From positions 2,784,001 to 2,848,000 of the forward strand of contig OZ244653.1 of NCBI GenBank assembly GCA_965218795.1: DNA of 64,000 nt. The letters are read 5' to 3'. A program made the translations under genes and the position numbers. Below, one piece after another: positions 1-9,148 of the stretch (positions are counted from its first letter, which is position 1; each line of letters begins with the position of its first letter). Source of the DNA: a bacterium (GTDB lineage Bacteria > UBA8248 > JACPRG01 > G963555815). Below the pieces are notes generated by a model, which saw only the letters and a list, made by a program, of their open reading frames with translations, did no database searches and was not told the DNA's origin.

Positions 1-182
1 TGCCGTAGGGCGCCGGATCCGGCGCTGAAAAAGATGAAAACCAGGCTGGCGCCGACCGCCGCCTCCAGTGGAACGTGAACCAGCAGCAGCAGCGGGATCA
101 GGATGAATCCTCCGCCCACGCCGATGAGGCCTGACAGAAAACCCGTCGTGAAACCAATCAGGAGATAGAGCCAGAGCATCAT
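1..182 (-). CDS. TauE/SafE family sulfite exporter, N-terminal part (runs off the window edge)
   Basis: Not in the ORF track. Manual translation from 182 gives MMLWLYLLIGFTTGFLSGLIGVGGGFILIPLLLLVHVPLEAAVGASLVFIFFS, with the TauE-type GxxGxGGG motif. Confidence 0.8.
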   Translation of the reverse strand, partial: MMLWLYLLIGFTTGFLSGLIGVGGGFILIPLLLLVHVPLEAAVGASLVFIFFSAGSGALR

Positions 183-283
183 CACATCGGGAGACTGTCG
201 GCGAGCCCGTTATCCTGTTCGACGTTCAAGCGGGGTGGGGATGACCGGGGTCGCCTTCCGAGTCGCAGAGGGAACCCATTCAT
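182..283 (-). CDS. Possible 33-aa bridging ORF (MNGFPLRLGRRPRSSPPRLNVEQDNGLADSLPM)
   Basis: Its ATG overlaps the upstream stop (ATGA at 283-280) and its stop overlaps the TauE start (TGATG at 184-180). No recognisable family. Confidence 0.3.
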   Translation of the reverse strand: MNGFPLRLGRRPRSSPPRLNVEQDNGLADSLPM

Positions 284-3147
284 TCCGACCCCTCTTGGGG
301 AACGCTGTAAGCCCTCGGTTCCACCGGGAGAGGACGGTTCAGCCATAGTGGGCGTCTCAACCCCTGGGGCCCGGGCGCCGGGCGGGTTTTCTTGAGCCAT
401 TCCTTGTAAACCGCGAAGGATTTCTCGGTGTCCGCAAAAATGTCTCCATACTGGTCATCGGGTCCGGCGCGTTCGACGCGTACCTTCTGGTGCCAGCAGT
501 GCATGCCGCTGACAGGGTCGGGATGAACCGGGAACGCCGCGTTCTGGTGAACCCCGGGATCCTGCCACCAAATCCGGCTGGTGTCCGGGTCTTCGCTTTC
601 AAAGGGCTGGACCCCATGGACCTGCCGGAGGAACCATCCGTTTTCCCCTTTCTTCTCCATTCGGACGAGCGCAGACCCCAGGCGGCCTCCTTCGCTTTCA
701 TCCAGCCGCCACCGGCCGGCATGGTGTGAGCAGGCGAGCACGCCGGGCCGGATTCCGGCGGTCACCCAGACCCGATTCACGAAATATCCAATCTCCGTAT
801 GGACCTTGACGAGATCCCCGGTTTTCACCTCGAGCATCTCCGCGTCCCGGGGATGAATCCAAACCGGGTTTCGGTGAGAAATCTCCATGAGCCATTTTGC
901 GTTCGCCGACCGGGTATGGATCAGGGTGGGAAGCCTGAAAGTGGGCAGAAGGACGAACGCGCCGGGCTCCATGTCTTCCTGCTGGATGTGGCTGGCGATG
1001 TAGCCCGGCAATACGTGCTCGGGCCATCCCCACGTCTTCAGGGTCGAGGAGAAGAGTTCGAGCTTGCGGGAAGGTGTCGGAAATCCTTCGAGCAGACGCC
1101 CGCCCACCTCCACGCCGACGGCCTTTTCGTCTTTCCGAGCGACGCGAGATACCGGATCCACGGACACCCCTTCGGCCTCGTCCGGTGAAAACTCCCGGTT
1201 GTATTTTTCGAATATGTTCGATTGGATTTCGAACGCTCCATACTTCTGCATGTACTCCAGCGCCGAGAGCCCTTCGGTCGCGGCTTTATCCGGGAGTCCC
1301 GGAACGCTGTGATCGAACATCCATTGGTAGTATTCCCGGACTGTGACTTTCTCCCCCGCCCGATAGGGGGATTCGAAGTGCTTCCGGATACCCAGTTGCC
1401 CGTCGGGGTCGATTCGCCAGGAGAGCTCGATCCAGAATTCATCCTCTTCCCATACCTCGCCCGGATTGGCCTCATACGTATGCAGGACGGTCTTCCCCAT
1501 TTTCTCCATCGCAGCCCGAACAACGGGTTGCCGGAAGGAGACCCAGACGCCGGAGTGGGTCTCCTGACTCTGAACGTCATGGCGCTCTCCCGCCAGCCCC
1601 ATCGGAAGGACGTAGTCGGCGTAGAGGGCCGATTCATTCCACGTGGGAGTGAGCGCGGCGTGAAGTCCGACCTTCGCCTCGTCCTGGAGCGCCTCGATCC
1701 AGGTGAAGCCGTCCGGGTTGGTCCAGATCGGGTTGTAGACCCGGGTGAAGTAGACGTCGAGTTTTCCGCGTTCTTCCTTGAGAAAATGGGGAAGAAGAAA
1801 ACTCATCTCGTAGGTCGAGAGCGGATACTCCCGCGGGTAGATCAGCTCGTTCCAGAACTTGACGGCCGGAGGCGAATCGAAAGGCGCCGGCTTGATCTTG
1901 TTCCAGGAGGCAGGTGACGTTCCGCCCCGGGTTCCCACGCTGCCCGTCAAGACGGAAAGGAGGTACAGGGCGCGGGTGATCTGCCAACCGCCCAGATGGG
2001 CTGATGCGGCCCCCCGCCAGATATGGGCGCAGAAGGCCGAGCCCGCATTGGCGATGTCCCGGGCAACCTTCCGGATGTACGGGGCCGGAACGCCCGTTTC
2101 CGTTTCCGCGAATTCGGGCGTGAATCTTTCGTAGACCCGCTTGATTCGGTCGATAAAATCTTCGAAAGAGCCTCCCCGCATTCCCGCCTCTTCCCGAAGA
2201 TATTCCTCCCAGTTGACCCAGGTCTCCACAAACCTCCGGTCGAAGATGTCTTCCTTCAGAAGGACCTGAGCCAGGGCGAGGAGGAGGGCGCTTTCGGTCC
2301 CCGGGTAGGGGGCCATCCAGTAATCCGCCCGGGCGGCGGAGTTCGACAACCGGGGGTCGATGACGGCCAGTTTGGCGCCGTTCAGTTTGGCCTCGATGAT
2401 CCGTTGCGCGTGAGGATTGAAGTAATGCCCCGATTCCAGGTGCGCGCTCATCAAGAGGATAAACCGGGCGTCCCTGTGGTCCGGCGAGGGACGGTCCGAT
2501 CCCTGCCAGAGATAGTACCCGAGGCGCGCGGAGGCTGAGCAGACGTTGGTGTGACTGTTATGGCCGTCGATCCCCCATGCCTTCAGAACGCGCTCGACCG
2601 ATCCCTCGTAGCCCGGTCTGCCCACGTGATACATTACTTCGTCGGGTCGGCCGTCCTGGAGGCATTGCCGAATTCGCTGAGCAAGATCGTTCAGGGCGGT
2701 ATCCCAGCTTACGCGTTCCCACTTCCCGCTCCCGCGCGGGCCCACGCGCTTCTGGGGATAGAGGATACGGTCCGGGTCGCGAATCTGGTTGATGGTGGCG
2801 GGACCCTTCGCGCAGTTTCGTCCCCGGCTTCCCGGATGCATGGGATTGCCTTCAAACTTCCGGATCTCCATGCGATCCTTGTTCACATAGGCGAGAAGCC
2901 CGCAGGCCGCCTCACAGTTGAAGCAGATTGTCGGGACCAAAGCGTACCGGCTGGAGCTCTCCAGGCCTGCCGATGGAGGATCGGGGTCCGGCCAATCGTC
3001 CCAGCGGTCAGCGGGCGGATATTCAACAAATTGTCCTTCCGGAGCCAACCGTTCCACGGGACCCGGGGCGGGCTGTGGCAGACTTTCAATCAGCCCCATA
3101 CGCTCTGCGATGCGTTCAATCCAGCCGGGGTTCGGACGGTACGTCAT
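280..3147 (-). CDS. Molybdopterin (bis-MGD) oxidoreductase catalytic subunit, DMSO-reductase superfamily, Psr/Soe-like, no Tat signal
   Basis: CFNCEAAC...RNC 4Fe-4S motif, WERVSWD, SHTNVC candidate Mo-ligand region, DYVLP and C-terminal molybdopterin dinucleotide-binding domain. Likely start MTYRPNP at 3147, just after the upstream stop. Confidence 0.9.
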   Translation of the reverse strand: MTYRPNPGWIERIAERMGLIESLPQPAPGPVERLAPEGQFVEYPPADRWDDWPDPDPPSAGLESSSRYALVPTICFNCEAACGLLAYVNKDRMEIRKFEGNPMHPGSRGRNCAKGPATINQIRDPDRILYPQKRVGPRGSGKWERVSWDTALNDLAQRIRQCLQDGRPDEVMYHVGRPGYEGSVERVLKAWGIDGHNSHTNVCSASARLGYYLWQGSDRPSPDHRDARFILLMSAHLESGHYFNPHAQRIIEAKLNGAKLAVIDPRLSNSAARADYWMAPYPGTESALLLALAQVLLKEDIFDRRFVETWVNWEEYLREEAGMRGGSFEDFIDRIKRVYERFTPEFAETETGVPAPYIRKVARDIANAGSAFCAHIWRGAASAHLGGWQITRALYLLSVLTGSVGTRGGTSPASWNKIKPAPFDSPPAVKFWNELIYPREYPLSTYEMSFLLPHFLKEERGKLDVYFTRVYNPIWTNPDGFTWIEALQDEAKVGLHAALTPTWNESALYADYVLPMGLAGERHDVQSQETHSGVWVSFRQPVVRAAMEKMGKTVLHTYEANPGEVWEEDEFWIELSWRIDPDGQLGIRKHFESPYRAGEKVTVREYYQWMFDHSVPGLPDKAATEGLSALEYMQKYGAFEIQSNIFEKYNREFSPDEAEGVSVDPVSRVARKDEKAVGVEVGGRLLEGFPTPSRKLELFSSTLKTWGWPEHVLPGYIASHIQQEDMEPGAFVLLPTFRLPTLIHTRSANAKWLMEISHRNPVWIHPRDAEMLEVKTGDLVKVHTEIGYFVNRVWVTAGIRPGVLACSHHAGRWRLDESEGGRLGSALVRMEKKGENGWFLRQVHGVQPFESEDPDTSRIWWQDPGVHQNAAFPVHPDPVSGMHCWHQKVRVERAGPDDQYGDIFADTEKSFAVYKEWLKKTRPAPGPQGLRRPLWLNRPLPVEPRAYSVPQEGSE

Positions 3148-3157
3148 TCTCGGCTCC

Positions 3158-4711
3158 TCAACTCTGCGGGATCCGCTGCGGTATGGTGACCCACAGATGC
3201 GCGCCAATCAAGACACCGCCCAGCATCAGGAAAGCCGACAGGAAATCCGGCCAGCCCGGCCCCCACAGCAGGAGAACCCCTGGAGCGGCGTGTCCGAGGA
3301 CCAGGACGCCTATCCAGAATGGAAGCGCTCCTCTACCCCGCAGAATCTCCTGGGCGGCGCTCTTTGCGTCATTCGTCGCGTGGGGGAAGTACAGTTCGCC
3401 GAAAAACGCCAAAACGCTCAGAACGATACTGACGCGGAGAACCATTCTGAGCCGGTCGGCCGCCGCATCGTCAAAAACAGAATGGAACAGCAGAAGAACG
3501 GCGCCGCCTGCAAGGACGGCGTGCAAGAGCATATGGACCGAGAGCAGAGGGCTCTGCCAGAAATCCCGCCCTTTGGCCTGGGCGAACAGAAAGGCCGTAT
3601 AGACCGCCGTCAAGAAGGACAGAATGGTCCCGGGCCAGGTGAGATGTTTCTGGAATCCAGGTCCCCCGATGAGTCCTCCAATCAACCACAGCCCCAGCAC
3701 GCATCCGAAAAGGAGCAGGATGTATCCGCCCTTGACCAGCCAGGACTTCCATTGGGGGCGAAGGAAGATGTACAGGAACCGGTCGACCCGTCGGAGATCG
3801 TTCACCAGCAGTATGCAAGTGAGCAGCAGGAAGAGGAGGCCCATGATCGCACCGATCCATCCCATTGCGACCGCGGATTCTCCCGATCCCTGGATCATCA
3901 GCGGGATGCTGAAAGCGCCCGCCGCAATCGCCTTGGTCAGGATGTAAGAGGAGACCTTCCATCCCCAGACGACGCGCTCGCGCGGCGCGTCGTAGACTCG
4001 CCGGGCCAACTGGCCGAGCCATCCCCTCGTCTGGCGGGGCCCATTGGGCAAAGAATCCCGGCTGGACGGGGGCGGCCAGGGAAATTCCCCGGGCTCTCGG
4101 GTGGCTTCTCCCTGGCTCCACATGTAGGTGTCCGCAGTCGAAGCCGCCATAGGATCGAGGGACACCGTGTCCCCATCGATGTAGAAGAGTTTGGGCAGGG
4201 TCCCTTTTTCGGGTTTTCGAACTTGAACCGATTCCCGGATCGCGAGGCGTCCAATCTCGCTGTGCGGGTCTTCCAGATCACCGCAGATGATGGCGTGGGT
4301 CGGGCAAACCGTCACGCAGGGGGGCGCAAGGCCTACGTCGGTCCGGTGCGTGCAGTAGTTGCATTTGGCAGCCGTTTGCTCATATGGGTCGATGTAGATT
4401 GCGTCATACGGGCAGGCTTGGATACATGCCTTGCATCCGATGCATCTGCGGCTGTCGAAATCGACGATTCCGTCCGGGCGGGTAAACAGCGCCGTGACCG
4501 GGCAGATGTCGACGCAGGGCGCGTCCGCGCAGTGATTGCAGCGCATGACCGAGAAACTGCGCTTCGTGAAAGGGAATTCACCCTTCTCGATGTATTTCAC
4601 CCAGGTTCGATTGACCCCGATCGGAACGTCATGCTCTGCCTTGCAGGCGACCGTGCAGGCATGACAACCGATGCACTTCCGGTTATCGATGATGAAACCG
4701 TGCGTAACCAC
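3158..4711 (-). CDS. Fused 4Fe-4S ferredoxin (DmsB/PsrB-like) and NrfD/PsrC-type membrane anchor
   Basis: CIGCHAC, CNHCADAPC, CIGCKAC and CNYC clusters, then a hydrophobic multi-TM region with DL.R..RF and SWL..G NrfD-like motifs. Confidence 0.9.
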   Translation of the reverse strand: MVTHGFIIDNRKCIGCHACTVACKAEHDVPIGVNRTWVKYIEKGEFPFTKRSFSVMRCNHCADAPCVDICPVTALFTRPDGIVDFDSRRCIGCKACIQACPYDAIYIDPYEQTAAKCNYCTHRTDVGLAPPCVTVCPTHAIICGDLEDPHSEIGRLAIRESVQVRKPEKGTLPKLFYIDGDTVSLDPMAASTADTYMWSQGEATREPGEFPWPPPSSRDSLPNGPRQTRGWLGQLARRVYDAPRERVVWGWKVSSYILTKAIAAGAFSIPLMIQGSGESAVAMGWIGAIMGLLFLLLTCILLVNDLRRVDRFLYIFLRPQWKSWLVKGGYILLLFGCVLGLWLIGGLIGGPGFQKHLTWPGTILSFLTAVYTAFLFAQAKGRDFWQSPLLSVHMLLHAVLAGGAVLLLFHSVFDDAAADRLRMVLRVSIVLSVLAFFGELYFPHATNDAKSAAQEILRGRGALPFWIGVLVLGHAAPGVLLLWGPGWPDFLSAFLMLGGVLIGAHLWVTIPQRIPQS

Positions 4712-4859
4712 GAATCACTCCCTGCTGGATCAGGACGGGCATCCCCCATCCAATCATCCTGTTGGAACGCTGAAAATCCCCGCGCCGGCCGGTTGCAGGC
4801 AGACTTCAGCCCGCCCCCGGAGTGGCAAGGCGCTGTGGAGGAGCGGTTTCAGGAAAGTC

Positions 4860-6263
4860 TCAATCCGGAACGGTCTTGAATCCGGCAGCGCGCCAGGCAT
4901 TCATGCCGCCTGCGACGTTCTTGACTTCTTGATAGCCGTGTCGGAGCAGCAGGCTGGCACCGGTGCTGCTTCGGATCCCTCCGCCACAGATGATGGCCAG
5001 GGTATCATTTTTTGAAAACGGCAGTTCCAGGTCATTCTTCCACATTTTTTTGAAATTCATGTGGAATGCGCCCTCGATATGGCCGTTGTCCCACTCTTCG
5101 TCTTCGCGCACGTCGACCACCTGGAAGCCGTTGATTCCGTTTTCCGAAATGTATCGGTGTAGATCCTCGACGGAAATCTGGGGCAACTCCTTCCCGGCAA
5201 GGCCCGCTTCCTTCCATGCCTCCAGACCCCCTGCGACGAACCCCCGGACGTGACGGTCCAGTCCCAGGAATCCCATTTTGTGAATCGCCTCCTGAGCATC
5301 CCGGTCCTGTTCGCCAAGAAGAATGAGCGGCGTTTCAGGTTCAAGGACCCAGCCGATTCGCTGCTCGAATTCACCGGCCGAGAGCGGGATGTTCACAGCC
5401 CCGGCAACATGACCACGCCCGAAGTCTTCCGGCTCGCGCATATCGAGAAGTCGGACTTTCGGGTCCGAAACCATCAAGTCCCGGACCTCTGTAGACTGGA
5501 GCGGCTGGGCTTCAGGTTCTTCCATGGTCAAGGGGAGGCGGCCTTGGTTGATGGCGACGATTGGGTGAATATTCGCGGGCCGGTCCGGGAGGCCCTCGGT
5601 CATGTAGCGGACGAATGATCCCTGATCCGGCTGCCGGAAGGCCTGATTATGGCGCCGCTCAAAACCCAATGTTGTGGCAAACTTGCCACTCAGCGACCGT
5701 CCTCACGTGGAGCCGCCGACATGGCCGGGCCAGACTTCCGTGTAATCGGGAAGGTCCGCAATGCGGGGCAAAGCGCGGTCGAAGAGTTCGGCTGCGCCTT
5801 CCTCCGAGCGCTGCGCCAGATCGGGCCGCGCGATATCATCCACCAGGATGAAATCTCCGGTGCACAACATCCAGGGCTCCTCCGCCCGGCTCAAATCCGA
5901 AATGGCCACGGTGATGTGTTCCGGCCGGTGTCCCGGTGTGTGCATCATCTCCAGCCGTACGGATCCCATCTGGAGGGTATCGCCGTCTTTGACGCGCGTA
6001 GCGGGGTATTGGATATCTGCTAGATCATGGAGGATCAACTCGGCTCCGGCGAGATCGGCGAGGCGTCGGGCGCCGGAGACATGGTCGGCATGCAAATGTG
6101 TGTCAATCACGTATCGGATCTTGACACCTTGCTTCCGGGCGATGGCTGCAAAGGGTCCAGGATCCCACAGGGGATCGATGACCGCGCATTCACCGCCCCC
6201 GAGACAGCCGCATACATAAGAGACGCACCCGGTCTCCTTGCGGACGACCTGCTCGAAGAACAT
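4860..6263 (-). CDS. MBL-fold persulfide dioxygenase plus two rhodanese domains (CstB-like), probable selenoprotein (UGA at codon 187)
   Basis: ORFs 5703..6278 and 4860..5669 share a frame. The join reads WPGHVGGST-TGA-GRSLSGKFATTLGFERRHN. Motifs THLHADHVSG, TPGH, TGD. First rhodanese has no Cys, second has ICGGGIRS. GGAGGA RBS 7 nt before ATG 6263. Confidence 0.85.
5674..5689 (-). promoter_or_regulatory. Candidate bacterial SECIS hairpin (GUGGCA-AGUU-UGCCAC)
   Basis: Perfect 6-bp stem starting 13 nt after the in-frame UGA. The loop begins 19 nt after the UGA and has G at its second position. Confidence 0.65.
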
Positions 6264-6832
6264 CGTGAATTCCTCCATGCTGGATATCGCTGCCGGATAG
6301 CGCTCGGGATCCCGCCGACGCTTTTGCGGGACACAGAGACGAATTTTTCGACATCGGGAATCATATCGCCAGGGGACGGAAGCATTGAAACCATCCAGGA
6401 ATATCGACGGCTGGTCTTCAACGGTACAGAATGTGGGGCGGAGTTTACTTCAATTTGGGCGAAAGATGAAGCACTTTTTCTTTTCTCCGCAATCCGTTGC
6501 AATCCGGTTGGAGGGCGATCTGGACGGCCGGCCGCGATCGATGAATCCTACTGATTCACATTGCCTCGATTGTGGGTGCCTACAAGAACCTGTCGAATTC
6601 AGACATCTATCACGAGGCGAAGCGCATTGAGCTGGATCGGAGCAGAGAGGCGAATTCAGAAGAGGAAGAGGCGGTGGATGAGGGGCGGAGACATTGTAGC
6701 CGCATTTATGAACCTCCGAAGGAAAAAGTGAAACCTCCGCTTACCAGCCGGCCCTAAAAGCGTGCTATGATTTGTCAGGTGCACGTGCAGATTTTGCCCG
6801 AACGAAGGTTGCACCCCTGGAGGACAAGAACC

Positions 6833-7156
6833 ATGACGGATGAGCAATTGAACGCCTTTGAGAAACGCATGGATGAGCGGTTCGATAAAATGGATGAGCG
6901 GCTGCTCAAGATGGATGAGCGGTTGCTCAAGATGGGTGAGCGGTTCGATAAAATGGATGAGCGGCTGCTCAAGATGGGTGAGCGGTTCGATAAAATGGAT
7001 GAGCGGCTGCTCAAGATGGATGAGCGGTTCGATAAAATGGATGAAAGACTGAATGCCATCACGAAATGGTCGGCTACCTTCACCGAGTGGTCCGTTTCGA
7101 TTGACGAAAGGCTGGATAATCTCACGAAGAAAGTGGACAACTTCATATCCGCTTAG
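6833..7156 (+). CDS. Small coiled-coil tandem-repeat protein (MDERFDK / MDERLLK heptads)
   Basis: GGAGG RBS upstream of ATG 6833; heptad repeats with non-repetitive ends. Confidence 0.7.
   Translation: MTDEQLNAFEKRMDERFDKMDERLLKMDERLLKMGERFDKMDERLLKMGERFDKMDERLLKMDERFDKMDERLNAITKWSATFTEWSVSIDERLDNLTKKVDNFISA
6869..7048 (+). repeat. In-frame 21-nt tandem repeat, 8 full units plus a partial unit
   Basis: Units ATGGRTGAGCGGTTCGATAAA and ATGGATGAGCGGYTGCTCAAG abut with no spacers. Confidence 0.95.
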
Positions 7157-7406
7157 GGTTCGAATCCTTTCACCAGTTCCTATCTTGCCACGCCCGTAAG
7201 CCTTTCCGCGCTCCATTAAGTCGCTGAATTCGTCATTTCTGCACCGTTTTTCACCGTCGCAAATTACGACCTGTTTTCAATCTATTCTTGATTTCAAAAA
7301 ATTCCATTCATGCACCTCTACAGAATCCTTCGTTTTCCGGTTGTGTTTCCGGATCGGGTAACATGGTTTCGTTACAAGACCGGCAGCTGAATCGTCGTTC
7401 ATTCCT

Positions 7407-7862
7407 ATGCCGGCATCGAACGCCGCCGCGGATGACTTTGTGCAAGGAGGGTCACAACCGATGGAGTCCACCATCAGATTGTTCGAAGCCTTGGATTGGA
7501 TGCCCTTGCCCGGAAACCCGAATGTCAACGTAAAGGAGTTGCTGACGCGGGATGAGTGCGGATCCCTCGATCTGAAATTGTGGCGGATCTTGTTCGAGAA
7601 AATCGAGCCGGGCGCCGCCGTACTGCCTCATTTTCATGATACGGCCGAAGTGATCCACTTCATCAGCGGCGAGGTCCATGTCCTCGTCGGTGAGCAGAGG
7701 AGGGGTTGCCGGCCGGGAGACACCCTCATTGTCAAAAGCGGGACCATTCACAGTGTGGCCAACAAAGGCGAGTCGCCCACGACGCAGATCAGTTACTTCG
7801 TCCCAGCGGTCGGTCAGGATGAATTCGGGTTGACGGAGCAGGTTCCCGGAATTGAAGTTTGA
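7407..7862 (+). CDS. Cupin domain protein (start may be 7461)
   Basis: PHFHDTAEVIHFISGE and PGDTLIVKSGTIHSVAN cupin motifs; AAGGAGG precedes ATG 7461. Confidence 0.8.
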   Translation: MPASNAAADDFVQGGSQPMESTIRLFEALDWMPLPGNPNVNVKELLTRDECGSLDLKLWRILFEKIEPGAAVLPHFHDTAEVIHFISGEVHVLVGEQRRGCRPGDTLIVKSGTIHSVANKGESPTTQISYFVPAVGQDEFGLTEQVPGIEV

Positions 7863-7927
7863 GATGAAACCGCATTTGCGCTGAATCATTCCATCGGAGA
7901 TTTCCTGAAAACAAGGAGAACCTGACA

Positions 7928-9028
7928 ATGCAGGCAAAGGTATTCCGTGTGCCCATGGGGTCACCGGACGATATCTCCGGCGTCGTCGATTTGATTGAGA
8001 GCGGAGCGTGTCAACCGGAGGAAGTGGTTGCGGTCCTGGGGAAAACAGAGGGGAACGGCTGCGTGAATGATTTCGCCCGCGGTTTCAGCAACTTCGTTCT
8101 GGCGGATTATTTCGGGACGAAGATCGGGATCCCGCGGGACGATGTGACTCATCGGATTGCCCTGGTGATGTCGGGCGGCACGGAAGGCGCAATGAGCCCT
8201 CACTTCACGCTTTTCGCGAAGACGGAGGACGGCGAGGCCAATGGCGACAAACGACTGGCCATGGCGTCCGGGCGCACCCGGGATTTTCTGCCCGAGGAAA
8301 TCGGCCGCATGCCTCAGCTCCTGGAAACCGCCGATGAGGTCCGCCGCTTGATGGCGGAGGCACAGATTGAAAGTGTCGAAGACCTCCATTTCGTCCAGAT
8401 GAAGACGCCGTTGGTCACGACGGACCAGGCGGAAGACGCCTTGAGGCGGGGAAAAACGGTATGTGCCGACAATACGTACAAGTCGATGGGTGATTCGCGG
8501 GCGGCATCCGCCCTGGGGATTGCGCTCGTCACGGGTGAGGTCACGGAAGACAGGCTGAGCGATGAGGTCATCGGGCATGACGGGTCGCTGTACTCAGGCG
8601 TCGCGTCCACTTCTTCGGGTATCGAACTTCAGTGCAATGAGATTGTGGTTATGGGGAACAGCGCAGCGTGGGGGGGCGACCTTGTCATTGGACACAGCGT
8701 GATGAAGGATGCCCTGGACCGGGACGCCGTCAAGGAAGCGCTGGCGAGCGCGGGGCTTCTTTTTGATTGGAGCCTGTCGCCCGATCAGCGGGGGCGGGTG
8801 GTCAATATCCTGGCCAAGTGTGAGGCCAGTCCGGACGGCCGGATTCGCAGGCGCCGCCATACCATGCTGGACGATTCGGACATCAACAGCACGCGGCACG
8901 CGCGAGCCGTCGTGAACGCCGTCATCGCATCCATCGTGGGCGACCCGATGGTTTATGTTTCCGGTGGGGCGGAGCACCAGGGCCCTCCGGGTGGAGGGCC
9001 CGTGGCAGCCATCGTGCGGGTGGAATGA
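7928..9028 (+). CDS. atzD: Ring-opening amidohydrolase, cyanuric acid hydrolase/barbiturase family
   Basis: GKTEGNGCVNDF, MSGGTEG, SRAASALG, STSSG and YVSGGAEHQGPPGGGP motifs. Confidence 0.85.
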   Translation: MQAKVFRVPMGSPDDISGVVDLIESGACQPEEVVAVLGKTEGNGCVNDFARGFSNFVLADYFGTKIGIPRDDVTHRIALVMSGGTEGAMSPHFTLFAKTEDGEANGDKRLAMASGRTRDFLPEEIGRMPQLLETADEVRRLMAEAQIESVEDLHFVQMKTPLVTTDQAEDALRRGKTVCADNTYKSMGDSRAASALGIALVTGEVTEDRLSDEVIGHDGSLYSGVASTSSGIELQCNEIVVMGNSAAWGGDLVIGHSVMKDALDRDAVKEALASAGLLFDWSLSPDQRGRVVNILAKCEASPDGRIRRRRHTMLDDSDINSTRHARAVVNAVIASIVGDPMVYVSGGAEHQGPPGGGPVAAIVRVE

Positions 9029-9148
9029 AGGGTGTCACCGCGCGTTGCGTCTGTATGGACCGGTCGGCGGAAAGCTCCGGTTCGTCGCCATCGCGGCCTC
9101 GCTGTCATGCCCCAGCCCGATCACGATGCCGGTTTCCCGTTCGCGCCG

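Noticed and set aside
2918-4879. 653-aa plus-strand ORF, and other long shadow ORFs (11143..12066, 32179..33849, 53878..55836, 56406..60059, 58559..60547, 59386..61800)
   Set aside because: They overlap genes with clear family motifs on the other strand or frame and have no motifs of their own, as expected from GC-rich codon bias.
6869-7048. Tandem repeat as a CRISPR array
   Set aside because: No unique spacers, the period is a codon multiple within an ORF, and no cas genes are present.
7155-7175. GGTTCGAATCC as part of a tRNA gene, including tRNA-Sec
   Set aside because: The upstream sequence is coding and I could not form an acceptor stem, D-arm or anticodon arm.
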